Shown piece by piece: positions 22,688 through 32,746 of a stretch of DNA of 64,000 bases. The notes beneath the pieces are model-generated. The model searched no databases and was not told the DNA's origin. It saw nothing but the letters and a program-made list of their open reading frames with translations. Numbering within the stretch: position 1 is the first letter of the stretch; each line of letters opens with the position of its first letter. The stretch lies in NCBI GenBank assembly GCA_043228905.1, contig JBHGNT010000007.1:6324001-6388000 (forward strand). Reading direction: 5' to 3'. The DNA comes from Azolla caroliniana (lineage: Eukaryota > Plantae > Polypodiophyta). The translations under genes were made by a program, and so were the position numbers.

Positions 22688-25600
22688 GTCCAGCCAAAAT
22701 AGGAGCCATTTGGTTGGACAGCAGCCCTAGATCTGTACAGCCCATTAGTGGTTCCATTCCTTCCAAGCAAGTTAGCAATGTGTTCCTAGCCCAAGTCATT
22801 GTTAGTACTAAAAGTACTCCCCCAGTACCCGTCCTAGCACTTTTAGATTCCGGAGCTAATTCCTGTTTCATGGATCGAAATTTTGCCCAAGCTTCTCAGA
22901 TATCCTTAAGAAAACTTCCTTGTCCCGCATCTGTAGTGGTCATTGATGGTCGTCCCATTGCTTCCGGGAATATTGTAGAAGAATCAGAACCCATTCAAGT
23001 TGTCCTAGGTAGTTTTGTGTGTATAATATCATTTAATATAATTAGTAGTCCAGAGCATCCCATTGTCCTAGGATTACCTTGGCTTGAATTACATAATCCA
23101 GCCATAGATTGGAGAACAAGAGAAGTCCGATATCGACCACCCCAAGAATCAACTCACCGAGTTTCGACCATTTCACTCCATCAACTACGCGAAGAAGGAC
23201 CCAAGGAGGCAATGTTCCTATTTGCCATATCAGTACATCCTTCTAGCACTATTAAGAAGGACTCCTCAATACAACTTCCGGCAAAATATCATCCTTATGC
23301 CGATGTATTTGACAAGGTAAAAGCCGGTACCCTTCCTCATCACCGTCCCTATGACTGTCCCATCGATTTACAACCAGGAACTGAGCCACCATGGGGACCA
23401 ATTTACAACTTGTCACCCACCGAGTTAGAAGTCCTTCGAGCCTACATAGAGGAGAACTTGGCAAGCGGGTTCATCCGTCATTCGAAATCTCCGGCCGGTG
23501 CACCCATCTTCTTTGTCAAGAAGAAAGATGGCTCACTTCGTCTTGTCGTTGATTACCGCGGATTGAATAAAGTCACCATCCGGAATAGGTATGCACTTCC
23601 TCTTATATCAAGTCTTTTAGAGCGAGTTAATGGTGCCAAGTTTTTTACTAAAATCGACCTACGAGGAGCGTATAATCTCGTGCGGATCCGACCGGGAGAT
23701 GAGTGGAAGACCGCTTTTCGCACGCGGTATGGGCATTTCGAGTATACTGTTATGCCGTTTGGCCTAACCAATGCACCCGCAGTCTTCCAACACATGGCAA
23801 ACGATATATTCAGAGACCTCTTGGATATCTGTTTGATCATTTATCTGGATGATCTGTTGATTTATTCGAAGACCCAGGAAGAGCACGATTCTCATGTACT
23901 ATTAGTACTAAAGCGACTCCGCGAGAATGGTCTTTATGCCAAGCTAGAGAAATGTAGCTTTGACTGCAAGCAAGTGGAATTTCTAGGCTACGTCATCTCC
24001 TCAAAGGGCATCGCCATGGATCCAGCTAAAATCCAAACTGTACTAGAGTGGCAAATTCCACGGTCGGTACGAGATGTACAATGTTTTCTAGGCTTTGCTA
24101 ACTTCTACCGTAAGTTTATACAGGATTACTCGAAGATTATTTTACCTCTCACACAACTTACGAAGAAGGGCCAAGCATTTCTTTGGTCCATCGAAGCAGA
24201 TATGGCTTTTCGGCATCTTAAGAAAGCCTTTACATCAGCACCGATTCTAGCTCATGTGGATACAAGCAAACCATTCATCATGGAGGCCGACGCATCAGAT
24301 TTCGCCCTCGGTAGCATCCTTTCTCAACAAGGCGATAAAGAAGAGTTGCATCCGGTGGCTTTCCATTCGCGCAAATTCAATGTCGCAGAAATCAACTACG
24401 AAATCCATGACAAGGAGTTATTAGCCATCGTGGATTCATTTGTACAATGGCGGCATTTCTTGGAGGGCTCTCCACATCAGGTCATTGTCTTTAGCGATCA
24501 TAAAAATCTTGCTTATTTTCAGAATGCTCGCGTACTAAATCGACGGCAAGCTCGGTGGGCGCAATTCCTCACGCGTTTCAACTTCGAAATCACATATCGA
24601 CCGGGGAAGCAGCAAGGAAAAGCAGATGCACTATCACGGCGTTCATATCTTGCACCTCGTCCTGGTGACGCAACATTTGATAATCAAAAGCAAGTAATCT
24701 TGGGACCAACACGATTGCACACGACGCGGATTTTTCACACCCCGATGGATTCACGGATTACCGATGACATACGTGCAACCTTGAAGACGGATAGTTTTGC
24801 TCAAGACATCCTGGCGCACATTGATACTTCTCGGGCATCCTGTTCTCAGTCTCAACAACCAGGTATTGACTACCGACAATTCGAATATCATGATGGTTTG
24901 TTATTCTTTAAAAAGCGCGTATATGTCCCCGATTGCTCCTGTCGCCTTCAAATCGTCCAACATTGTCACGACACCCATACGGCGGGACATTTCGGTAGTA
25001 CCAAGACGTTGGAGTTAGTGCAGCGATCTTTTTGGTGGCCCCACATGCGCCGTTTTGTCGACGACTACGTTCGGACCTGTGATGCTTGCTGCCGAGCAAA
25101 GATGCCACGACACCATCCATATGGCTTGTTGGAACCTTTACCAATTCCAAGTAAGCCATGGCAGTCTATTTGTCTTGATTTTATTACAGATCTGCCGGTC
25201 TCGAAGGGGTTCGATGCTATCCTAACCGTCGTCGATCAATATACGAAGATGGCACATTTTGTGCCATGTACTAAAGCCATCACTAGCGAGGAAACCGCCG
25301 CTCTTGTTATGCGTGAGGTATTTCGGCATCATGGCCTACCAGACAGTATTGTCAGTGACCGAGGCCCGCAATTTGTCTCCAAATTTTGGCAGCATCTCTT
25401 CAGGATGCTCAAGGTCTCCTGCAACCTCTCCTCCGGCTACCATCCTCAAACTGACGGACAGGCGGAACGAACAAACCAAACGTTGGAGCAATATCTCCGG
25501 TGTTTCCTGAGTTATCAACAGGACGATTGGGCCGAGATTCTCCACTTTGCGGAGTTTGCGTATAATAATGCTATTCATTCCTCGACTCGGGTCTCCCCAT

Positions 25601-26256
25601 TTCTCGCTTATACCGGTTTCCATCCTCGCTGGTCGGTGATCGACACTCCGGAGCTACCTACCAACCCTCGTGCCGAGGACCATTTGGAGAGGCTACGCAA
25701 GATCCAGATGGATCTCTCTACTCACCTTCGTCATGCTCAAAACACACAGAAGACTTATGCGGATCGTCATCGGATTCCCTCCTCTTTTGCCATCGGAGAT
25801 CGAGTATGGCTCTTACGTCGTCACATCAAGACTACTCGACCGTGCGACAAGTTGGATTATCGACGACTCGGTCCTTTCCGTATTACGGGGAAGATTAATG
25901 ATGTCACCTTCCGCCTGGATCTCCCTCCGCAGCTTCAGATACATCCGGTTTTCCATTGTTCTCTTCTTGAACCTTATAAAGCAAACACCATTCCCGATCG
26001 TGTGACACCACCGCCGCCCCCGCTGGAGTTGGACGCCGGCCCAGAGTATGAAGTTGCTGCCATCCTCGATTCCAAACTTGTTCGCAACAAACTTTATTAC
26101 TTGGTCGATTGGCTCGGTTATAGTCCGAGCGAACGTACTTGGGAACCCGTCGAGAATGTTGCCAATGCACAAGATCTTCTTGCTGATTTCCACCGAAAGT
26201 ATCCGGACAAACCCGGTCCGCAGTTAGCGCCGACTCGTTCCACTCGTCGTCTTTAA
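22684..26256 (+). CDS. pol: Pol (PR-RT-RNase H-integrase-chromodomain), in the -1 frame relative to gag
   Basis: ALLDSGA, YLDDLLI, EADASD, HDTHTAGH...CDAC, GPF motif, chromodomain YEVAAILDS...YLVDWLGY...TWEP; no internal stops over 1190 aa. Confidence 0.97.
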   Translation: MSPAKIGAIWLDSSPRSVQPISGSIPSKQVSNVFLAQVIVSTKSTPPVPVLALLDSGANSCFMDRNFAQASQISLRKLPCPASVVVIDGRPIASGNIVEESEPIQVVLGSFVCIISFNIISSPEHPIVLGLPWLELHNPAIDWRTREVRYRPPQESTHRVSTISLHQLREEGPKEAMFLFAISVHPSSTIKKDSSIQLPAKYHPYADVFDKVKAGTLPHHRPYDCPIDLQPGTEPPWGPIYNLSPTELEVLRAYIEENLASGFIRHSKSPAGAPIFFVKKKDGSLRLVVDYRGLNKVTIRNRYALPLISSLLERVNGAKFFTKIDLRGAYNLVRIRPGDEWKTAFRTRYGHFEYTVMPFGLTNAPAVFQHMANDIFRDLLDICLIIYLDDLLIYSKTQEEHDSHVLLVLKRLRENGLYAKLEKCSFDCKQVEFLGYVISSKGIAMDPAKIQTVLEWQIPRSVRDVQCFLGFANFYRKFIQDYSKIILPLTQLTKKGQAFLWSIEADMAFRHLKKAFTSAPILAHVDTSKPFIMEADASDFALGSILSQQGDKEELHPVAFHSRKFNVAEINYEIHDKELLAIVDSFVQWRHFLEGSPHQVIVFSDHKNLAYFQNARVLNRRQARWAQFLTRFNFEITYRPGKQQGKADALSRRSYLAPRPGDATFDNQKQVILGPTRLHTTRIFHTPMDSRITDDIRATLKTDSFAQDILAHIDTSRASCSQSQQPGIDYRQFEYHDGLLFFKKRVYVPDCSCRLQIVQHCHDTHTAGHFGSTKTLELVQRSFWWPHMRRFVDDYVRTCDACCRAKMPRHHPYGLLEPLPIPSKPWQSICLDFITDLPVSKGFDAILTVVDQYTKMAHFVPCTKAITSEETAALVMREVFRHHGLPDSIVSDRGPQFVSKFWQHLFRMLKVSCNLSSGYHPQTDGQAERTNQTLEQYLRCFLSYQQDDWAEILHFAEFAYNNAIHSSTRVSPFLAYTGFHPRWSVIDTPELPTNPRAEDHLERLRKIQMDLSTHLRHAQNTQKTYADRHRIPSSFAIGDRVWLLRRHIKTTRPCDKLDYRRLGPFRITGKINDVTFRLDLPPQLQIHPVFHCSLLEPYKANTIPDRVTPPPPPLELDAGPEYEVAAILDSKLVRNKLYYLVDWLGYSPSERTWEPVENVANAQDLLADFHRKYPDKPGPQLAPTRSTRRL

Positions 26257-26267
26257 GGGGGAGATAG

Positions 26268-26698
26268 TGTCATGGCAAGACTCGAACCCATGACTTTATG
26301 CTACATGGGTCGAGCTCTTACCATTAGATTAGGAATTGTATTTTGTAGGATATTATTTTCATTTATACTTTATCATAGAAAATTGATGTATATTCCAGAT
26401 CTCTCTGGAACATTCTAGAAGCTTCAAGATTATTCCTAAAAACACTATAAAAGGAGGCACAAGGCATTGTTTTGAACCAAATTGGTTCAACGCCAGTCTT
26501 AAGCCTCTTAGCCGCTTGTACTTATCTTTTCACATAATATATAGCTGCTGTCATCATCTCTCTCATTCTCGCTATCTCTCTCTCTCTCCTCTTCTCACTT
26601 CCTCTCTCGGGAATCTTACGCAGTCCCGTCCTCTTAGTACTAATAGTATTGCTGTTCTTAGTACTAATTCCATCTCTGTTTTAGTACTATTCCTGACA
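26268..26698 (+). repeat. Element D 3' LTR
   Basis: Near-identical to 21030-21460. Confidence 0.97.
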
Positions 26699-27066
26699 TC
26701 AAGGAACTTTGTGCGCACGATTTGGAAAGTGGTGACCTCTCCTATTTCGAGACGAGAGTACCATCGTGCGGCCGGTCCATCGAGGGAGAGTGTGAACTCG
26801 GCAATCTTCGAGGCATCGATTTCGCCCGGCGTGAGGCGGTGCGTGGAGTGGTTAGCCTGCCACGTGGATATGAAGGCACGGACGTGTGACTCCGCGTCTG
26901 AGCCGTCGGTATATCGTGGGTATGGGTACGACATGATGTCGTACTGTGGATCTTCTGGTAGCACCGGAAAAGGGTTTAGTTCCGGTTGATTGACCTCCAG
27001 AGGACTCGACGGGGGTTCTGGTGGTGAATCAACTCGCGATCGAGTGTCCGATGGTGAGGATTGCAC
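26699..27066 (-). pseudogene. Element C gag N-terminus (split by D)
   Basis: YPRYTDGSDAESHVRAF...LSLDGPAARWY...FQIVRTKF continues in frame with LELFHREVPK at 21029 once D is removed. Confidence 0.85.
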
Positions 27067-27239
27067 TGGACAAGCCCCCGATTGATCGGGAAAGGATTGG
27101 TCAGTGACCGCCGAGTCGGAAGTTCCTTCGACTGGCTCAGGGCGTCGGGTGGGTGGCTGAGACCTCGTGGTGCGAGAGGGCGCCGTAACGGCGGCTGGTG
27201 ATTACCTTCAACGAAGTTCGCTGTGCACTCACAGCTGTA

Positions 27240-27252
27240 ACCGGGCGTGCCA
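27240..27252 (-). promoter_or_regulatory. Element C PBS (tRNA-Arg UCU type)
   Basis: TGGCACGCCCGGT on the minus strand, 5 nt inside the 5' LTR. The tRNA assignment is from recalled plant tRNA-Arg 3' ends. Confidence 0.8.
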
Positions 27253-27257
27253 AATTG

Positions 27258-27713
27258 TGTTACCCGTTCCTTTGGGTGAACACCTTCGATAGATCTGCAT
27301 ATATCGGTCTTCAAGGGCGTGGTACGTGAAGGCTCGTAACAGAGGCGTCGAGAGAGATACAGGGCTCAAAGAGAAAACACTAGTGAGGTCTTGATAGACG
27401 TGGCGGCGTGAACCTCATAGGTATGGATCAAAGCACAGACTCATGCAGCAAAAATAGGCACAAATCAGATATATTACTATGACAGAAAAGATTACAGAAC
27501 ACGGCCTATGGTCGGTGACCTTACGAGTTTATCTAATTACGAATGACTAAGCCAGTGCTTCCGCCTATAGTTTTCTTCTCCTCCTCTCTGAGGTACTGGT
27601 CCTCGTTTAAATAACTTTTCCCCTAATACACAGCCGAGTCGTCGGTGGCCTGTGATACTCGGACTCGGCGTTTGCTAATTTCCTAATTTTACATTTCTGT
27701 CCCCTGGACAACA
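27258..27713 (-). repeat. Element C 5' LTR
   Basis: Direct repeat of 12147-12602. Confidence 0.95.
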
Positions 27714-27782
27714 GTCTACTGCCACCGCCATTGCTTCTGCAAGTTCGCTCCCCCTCATTTTCAGATTCCTTTGCCGCCCCTC

Positions 27783-27800
27783 TTCACGTCAGGTTCACCA
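27783..27800 (-). promoter_or_regulatory. Element B PBS (tRNA-Trp type)
   Basis: Plus strand TTCACGTCAGGTTCACCA matches the recalled plant tRNA-Trp 3' end TTCACGTCGGGTTCACCA with one mismatch; 4-nt spacer to the LTR. Confidence 0.8.
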
Positions 27801-27804
27801 AAGA

Positions 27805-28425
27805 TGTCGAGGAAATCCTCGCGGATGCGTAGAAGTTGGGCAGGACCACGAGGGTCTTGAACCAAGGAATCAAGAAGTGAGGAGGAAGAGTCTATGGTTT
27901 ACGTGAGCCTTGAGACCGCGGTTTAAACAGAGAAGGTTAGCGAAACGAGAGAAGGTCAATCCCCTGGTCGGGAGCACTCGAGCGTTTGACGCGAGTAGGG
28001 GAAGCGCCTTCCGGTGATCCGTCGTAGGACTCCTCGTCTTCTTTGGTCTCTATTTCCTTTCTCCTCTCCGTCTCTTTTCTCCTCTCTTCTCTCGACTACC
28101 TCCCTGTTTCTTTCTCCTCTCCAGACGACATCCCCCAAAACAGTCAAAGGTCGCCCCTTTTATAGCACAAGGAGCCACCGTTACAGAGCATTCATGACCT
28201 GTCGCTTTCCCTTCCTAGATTCTTCCCCCTGATTCCCTCTCCTCGTAACTCTCCCTACTTACGTGATGTCTGAATCCCTATAAATGCCTTAACTACCTAG
28301 TACACCTCCTTCTACCTATGCCTAGTACTTACATTATTTGATTCACTAGGGGTGTGCACTCGTGCACACCAGTGTTCCTGCGCATTTCGCATTGTTTCCA
28401 CCTATGGCCCGGAATCTTCACGACA
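27805..28425 (-). repeat. Element B 5' LTR (621 bp)
   Basis: Direct repeat of 5790-6599 lacking 189 bp. Confidence 0.93.
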
Positions 28426-28428
28426 ACG

Positions 28429-28867
28429 TGTTGAGAGATCAAGCTCAACTTAGTTTAGTTAGTTAGTCAACCATGTAACTTCGTAGTTACCTAAATAGAA
28501 TCTAGTTAGACGTGTTGACTATAACGCCTTAAATGGGACCTTGTATTTAAGTGGGATATTCTAGATCCTCCACTCCTAAGTACATTTAATATAGGACTTA
28601 CACATTAGTACCTATATTCTACTCACATATGTGCACCTTTGCACATGAGATGTATATATACCTCATTGTGGGTATCTTTGTATTTGATGATGTTTTATAA
28701 TATACACTCTAGTTTACTCATCCCCCATCTTGTGTTATTCATAATTGTATCTCTCCTCTCTCTCTTCCTCTCACACACATACACACGCATATCAAATAAT
28801 CTTCCGCTTAACTTAATCACATAATTAGGTACTAATTAACCCTTAATTAATCATCTAATTCTTAACT
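28429..28867 (+). repeat. Element A 3' LTR
   Basis: Repeat of 1623-2061; terminal CA mutated to CT; followed by TSD ATATT. Confidence 0.95.
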
Positions 28868-30198
28868 ATATTGATCATATTCGTGTATCCCATTTAAGAC
28901 TCTTCAATTATGATCCCTTAATGGGTTCATGTAGTGAGAACACCACATAATTTTACCTCTTTCAGAAGATGCCCTCTAACTTCCATTTGTTCCGAACAAT
29001 TCAATGATTCCTGCCTAAAAGTAGAGTAAACTAGGAGACTAGGTTGGAAAAAGAAACTCTTGGAGCACCTAATATGCTTCTGCAATTGAGCCCCATTTAG
29101 GAAACATAATCACCAAAGCATTACAAATTAAGCCCTTCACTAGCCATTTCTCATTCTAAACTTACCATAAATGTTATGATCATCATTTCTGGTTCCCAAG
29201 AAGCAGTGAATGTTGTGATAAAATGCACTTGGAATGTTGAGTGACAAAAGGTTTTATGAGTCAACAACAAAGAATTAATGAATGTATATATAACCTTGAT
29301 GGATATCAAATACACATGGAATATCGAGTGAAAAAAGGTTGTGTGTCAATGATAGAGCATTAATGAAGATACGAACATGTCTTCTTTGATTTACCAAGTC
29401 TTAGTTGCGCAATAGAATGACTGATGATTTGAGGGTATTTCTAATCTCCAAGTTTAAACTGAGAGTAAAGAAAGAGGATGAATATATACTATGAATTTGC
29501 ATAATACAAAGTTCGATTCCAACATATGTATATATGGTGTGAAATCGTCCAAGCTTTCAAACAAATACCATGCGAACTTCACAAAAACACGGGCGAGAAA
29601 CATGATCCACAATCGGCTAATGGCATCACACCATCTAGGGGCATGTGATGAGATAAAGCTCGAACGTGAGAAAAGACAAACTAAATCTTTGTATTCTTTG
29701 AGGGTCGGAGAGGTTAAAGAGTTTTTAGAGATAGGCTTTCAAGGATGGGTTGTTATAAGGAATTGAAATCTGAGCAACTCTAAGTCATTGGATGGACCTC
29801 GGCTTAAAACGAGGGTCGGACGTAGATAAATAAGAAGCAATAAATCATCGTAAGGATCAAGCTCTTAACAATCAAAGCAACGAAGGCACTTGAGCATAGT
29901 GTACACTTATTTAGCTTTAAGCGGCCATATTTGTGTCGTGTCGTGTCGAGAGGGTGGGCGGGCGGGCAGGCAAACATCATTGGTGTGTGCCCCCTAGAGA
30001 GGACCCACCAACAAATGTTGAAGAAAATGAATACGTTCTCTCTCTTCAAATACTCTAGTGTGTGTGTGTGTGTGTGTGTGTCTAGGGTTAACAACATACA
30101 AATACACCACCAACAAACATTGGATTATACACCAAACCAACAAGCATTGGATTGGTGCCCCTCTTTCCTTTCCCAACTCCCTTTTCTGATTAATCAAT

Positions 30199-32746
30199 CT
30201 ATGGAAAGCTTCCTGGGTTCGGGTTGCTGACGTGGAACCACGCCTCCTCGGTGGCCGAGGCCCGGGAAGAAGGCGACGAAGACGAAGGCGATGACGATGA
30301 AGAAGAAGAAGGATGCATTCCGCCCGTATAGCTTTCTCCACCTCCCGTAGTCGAAGACAAGCTCCCCCTCCCGCACCCCGATTGTATATAGAGATCCTCC
30401 ATACAATACGGCCACGACGCCGCCTGCGCAGCATCATGGGCCGACGATGCCGGGGCCGGGGCCGGTGGCGGAGGAAGCATCCAGTCCATCCATGTTCCTG
30501 GACCGCTGCCCAAATACTGCTGCTGCTCCTGAGGATGAAACCCACCTTGCTCAACCCATGTTATAGGCATGCTGCTAGAATTACCGCCTTGGAATCCAGC
30601 TGATGTGGGCCGCCCCAGAGTAGAATGTTCATGCGGGCGAAGAAGTTGCGCAAGGATTTCGTTATCATCTATACTACTCATCCGGACATCCGGTGCCGCC
30701 ACCGCCTCCATTGGTAGTGGCGGTGGTGGTGGTGCCATCGTGGCGCCTCCGCCGACGACGGCCTGATTAAGACCAAATAGATGGAGATCCTGAGGGTAAA
30801 GGACGGATTGAGTTGATGGATAGCAGCTGGGCTTTAAAAAACCGCCGGCCAAAGCCATCCCCATGGGGTGTTGCCGCCCCTGCTGTAGCTGGGGCGGCCC
30901 GGCGGCGGCAGGCAATTGGAATGGAATGCCTTTGGGCGTGTAGTATATATGCGGGCTTGGGATGTAATCGGCGGCGGCGGCGGCGGCTACACCCCTCGAC
31001 AACGGGTAGAAGGGGCTACTATAACCGCCAAGCGCATGCGACTGCGGGGCCGCCGCCACGATGCTGTTATCCTGCCCAGGCCTCCTCTGCTGTGTGAACT
31101 CATGGCCCACAGGAGACGCCCAACAAATCACAGGCTCTGCGTGCGGGGTATTACCATCCTCATCTGTTCTAGCCCCAGATTGCTGCTGCCATGCCATATC
31201 TAGGTTTGGGATGTTGAGATAAGGGAACCTGGGGATCGGCTGCAGCAGCGCTGGGGGCTGTAGTGTAAGATCGCGAGCAAGCGTTCCATAGCTGATCGGC
31301 TGAGTAATACATGGCGGCACATTAAGCTGCGGATGGAACTGGATGTTAGGAGGAGGAGGAGGAGGAGGAGGGAGGGGCTGGATCAGACTGCTGTTTCCGC
31401 CGGCGGCAGGTGGTGTTGCCGGAAGAAGAGCGGGGAGCATTTGGCCGGTGGAAGCGGGTATTCTGTAATAATTCGGAACCCTAAACAGATCATCTGCTGG
31501 AGGCGGCGGCGGAGGAGGAGGCATCATCATCATATACCTTCTCCCTGCATCGCCTGCTCCGAACGGCAAGTCTAGCAGCGATGGCGGAGCCGAATGTGCA
31601 TAAAAGCTGTGCGTTACAGGAGCTGGGGCAGCTGTAGCACCTACCACCGTGGAGCTCTGCATTGCCTTCAAGAGCTCGGAAGCCCTATCCGGGAAATTGA
31701 GTTTGGCCCTGGAGCCCCTGAACCTGACGGCCGCCTCATCATACGCCGCCGCCGCCGCCTCCGCCGTGTCGAACGTTCCCAACCATACCCTCGCCGCTTT
31801 CTTAGGGTCGCGGATTTCAGCCGCCCATTTCCCCCAGGGCCGCTGCCGTACGCCTCTGTACCTCCCTTTTCTGGCCGGCGGCGGCGGGCCATCGAGCAAG
31901 GTGGCTCCGCCGCCACCGCCACCGCCACGGCTATGAATGGTCAAGGCATCTTTGTGCATAACCTGTGATGGCGGTGGCGGTGCTGGACAGTCTGTTAATG
32001 GGCCGCCAAGAGCCACTGCCGAAGGGTGCTCCTGCAGAGCCAGATCGATGGTCGTCGTCCTAGACTCTGCCTCCTGCTCAACCGCATTACTGCAGGACGG
32101 CAGTCTCCCCATGGATTGATCGCGCCCCGACAAGCCTGCATTCGCCTCTCCAACCGTCAAAACAACATTTTACAGAACAGACAAGAAGACCACAAAGAAA
32201 AAAAAAAAAAAACACAGAGAAAAAAAAGAAATCATTGCAATCAATTGCAAAATTATATATATATATATATATATAGGAACTCCAGCAGCAGAGGTTGTGA
32301 TCGGACCATATATATATGTATATGTATATATGTATATAATTGTATGATTATATTTTTGTGGAAAATAAAATTTATTAGAGGCGTTTGCCAAAATATGAAA
32401 CGAATGGTTTTATCCTAAAGTGGGAATGTGGCCAGAAAAGACCTTGGGGGAGCAGAGATGCGGCAGAAGGCGGCGTGAGCAGCGGCAGCAGATCAAGAGA
32501 CATGGCGGAAGCAGAGGAGGAGGAGGAGGGTGGCTGGCAGCTGAGCGGCGGAGGCGGGAAAAGCTCATGGCCGCCGCCGCCGCCGCCGCGGAGGCCATCA
32601 GCCAACGCGAGACTGCTGGAGCTAGCAGGCAGGGGCCATGTCCAGCTACTGCTCCAATGATGGGCGGCTAGAGGGAAGGGGTCATAGACATGGCCGCCGC
32701 CGCCGCCGCCGCCGCCGCCGGGAGGTTGCATGGCTGCGGCAAACAT
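30199..32746 (-). CDS. ERF: AP2/ERF transcription factor, group-X type (ABR1/RAP2.6L/ERF115-like); proposed exons 32746-32443 and 32135-30199 (~746 aa)
   Basis: AP2 domain [57 protein letters not shown]; a GT-AG intron at 32442-32136 joins the two ORFs in phase 1. Start codon is uncertain. Confidence 0.85.

Larger units (their letters stand above)
21030..26698 (+). mobile_element. Element D: intact chromovirus (Tcn1/Tf1-like Ty3/Gypsy)
   Basis: 431-bp LTRs at 21030-21460 and 26268-26698 with about 2 differences; TSD TCAAG; PPT AAGGGGGAGA; intact gag and pol with a C-terminal chromodomain. Confidence 0.97.
12147..27713 (-). mobile_element. Element C: Ty3/Gypsy Athila/Tat-like retrotransposon with a large 3' extra ORF
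   Basis: 456-bp LTRs at 12147-12602 and 27258-27713; TSD GTCTA at 12142-12146 and 27714-27718; PBS TGGCACGCCCGGT; RT motifs KKNGKIRVCVDYRKLN and FLDGFSGYNQI; RNase H NYSTTEREAL; integrase. Confidence 0.93.
5790..28425 (-). mobile_element. Element B: Ty3/Gypsy non-chromovirus (Phygy/Selgy-like), decayed
   Basis: LTRs at 5790-6599 and 27805-28425; tRNA-Trp PBS; PPT AGTGGGGGTGGA (6600-6611, minus strand); RT motifs LRFIQDLQ, LPQGGTNS, PFLDDIP; integrase fragments. Clade assignment is inference. Confidence 0.88.
1623..28867 (+). mobile_element. Element A: Ty1/Copia LTR retrotransposon, internally deleted (no RT/RNase H), host of the nest
   Basis: 439-bp LTRs at 1623-2061 and 28429-28867; TSD ATATT at 1618-1622 and 28868-28872; PBS TGGTATTAGAGC at 2062; Copia domain order of zinc knuckle, protease (WFIDSGASHHM), GAG-pre-integrase, integrase; PPT near 5770-5788. 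Confidence 0.93.
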
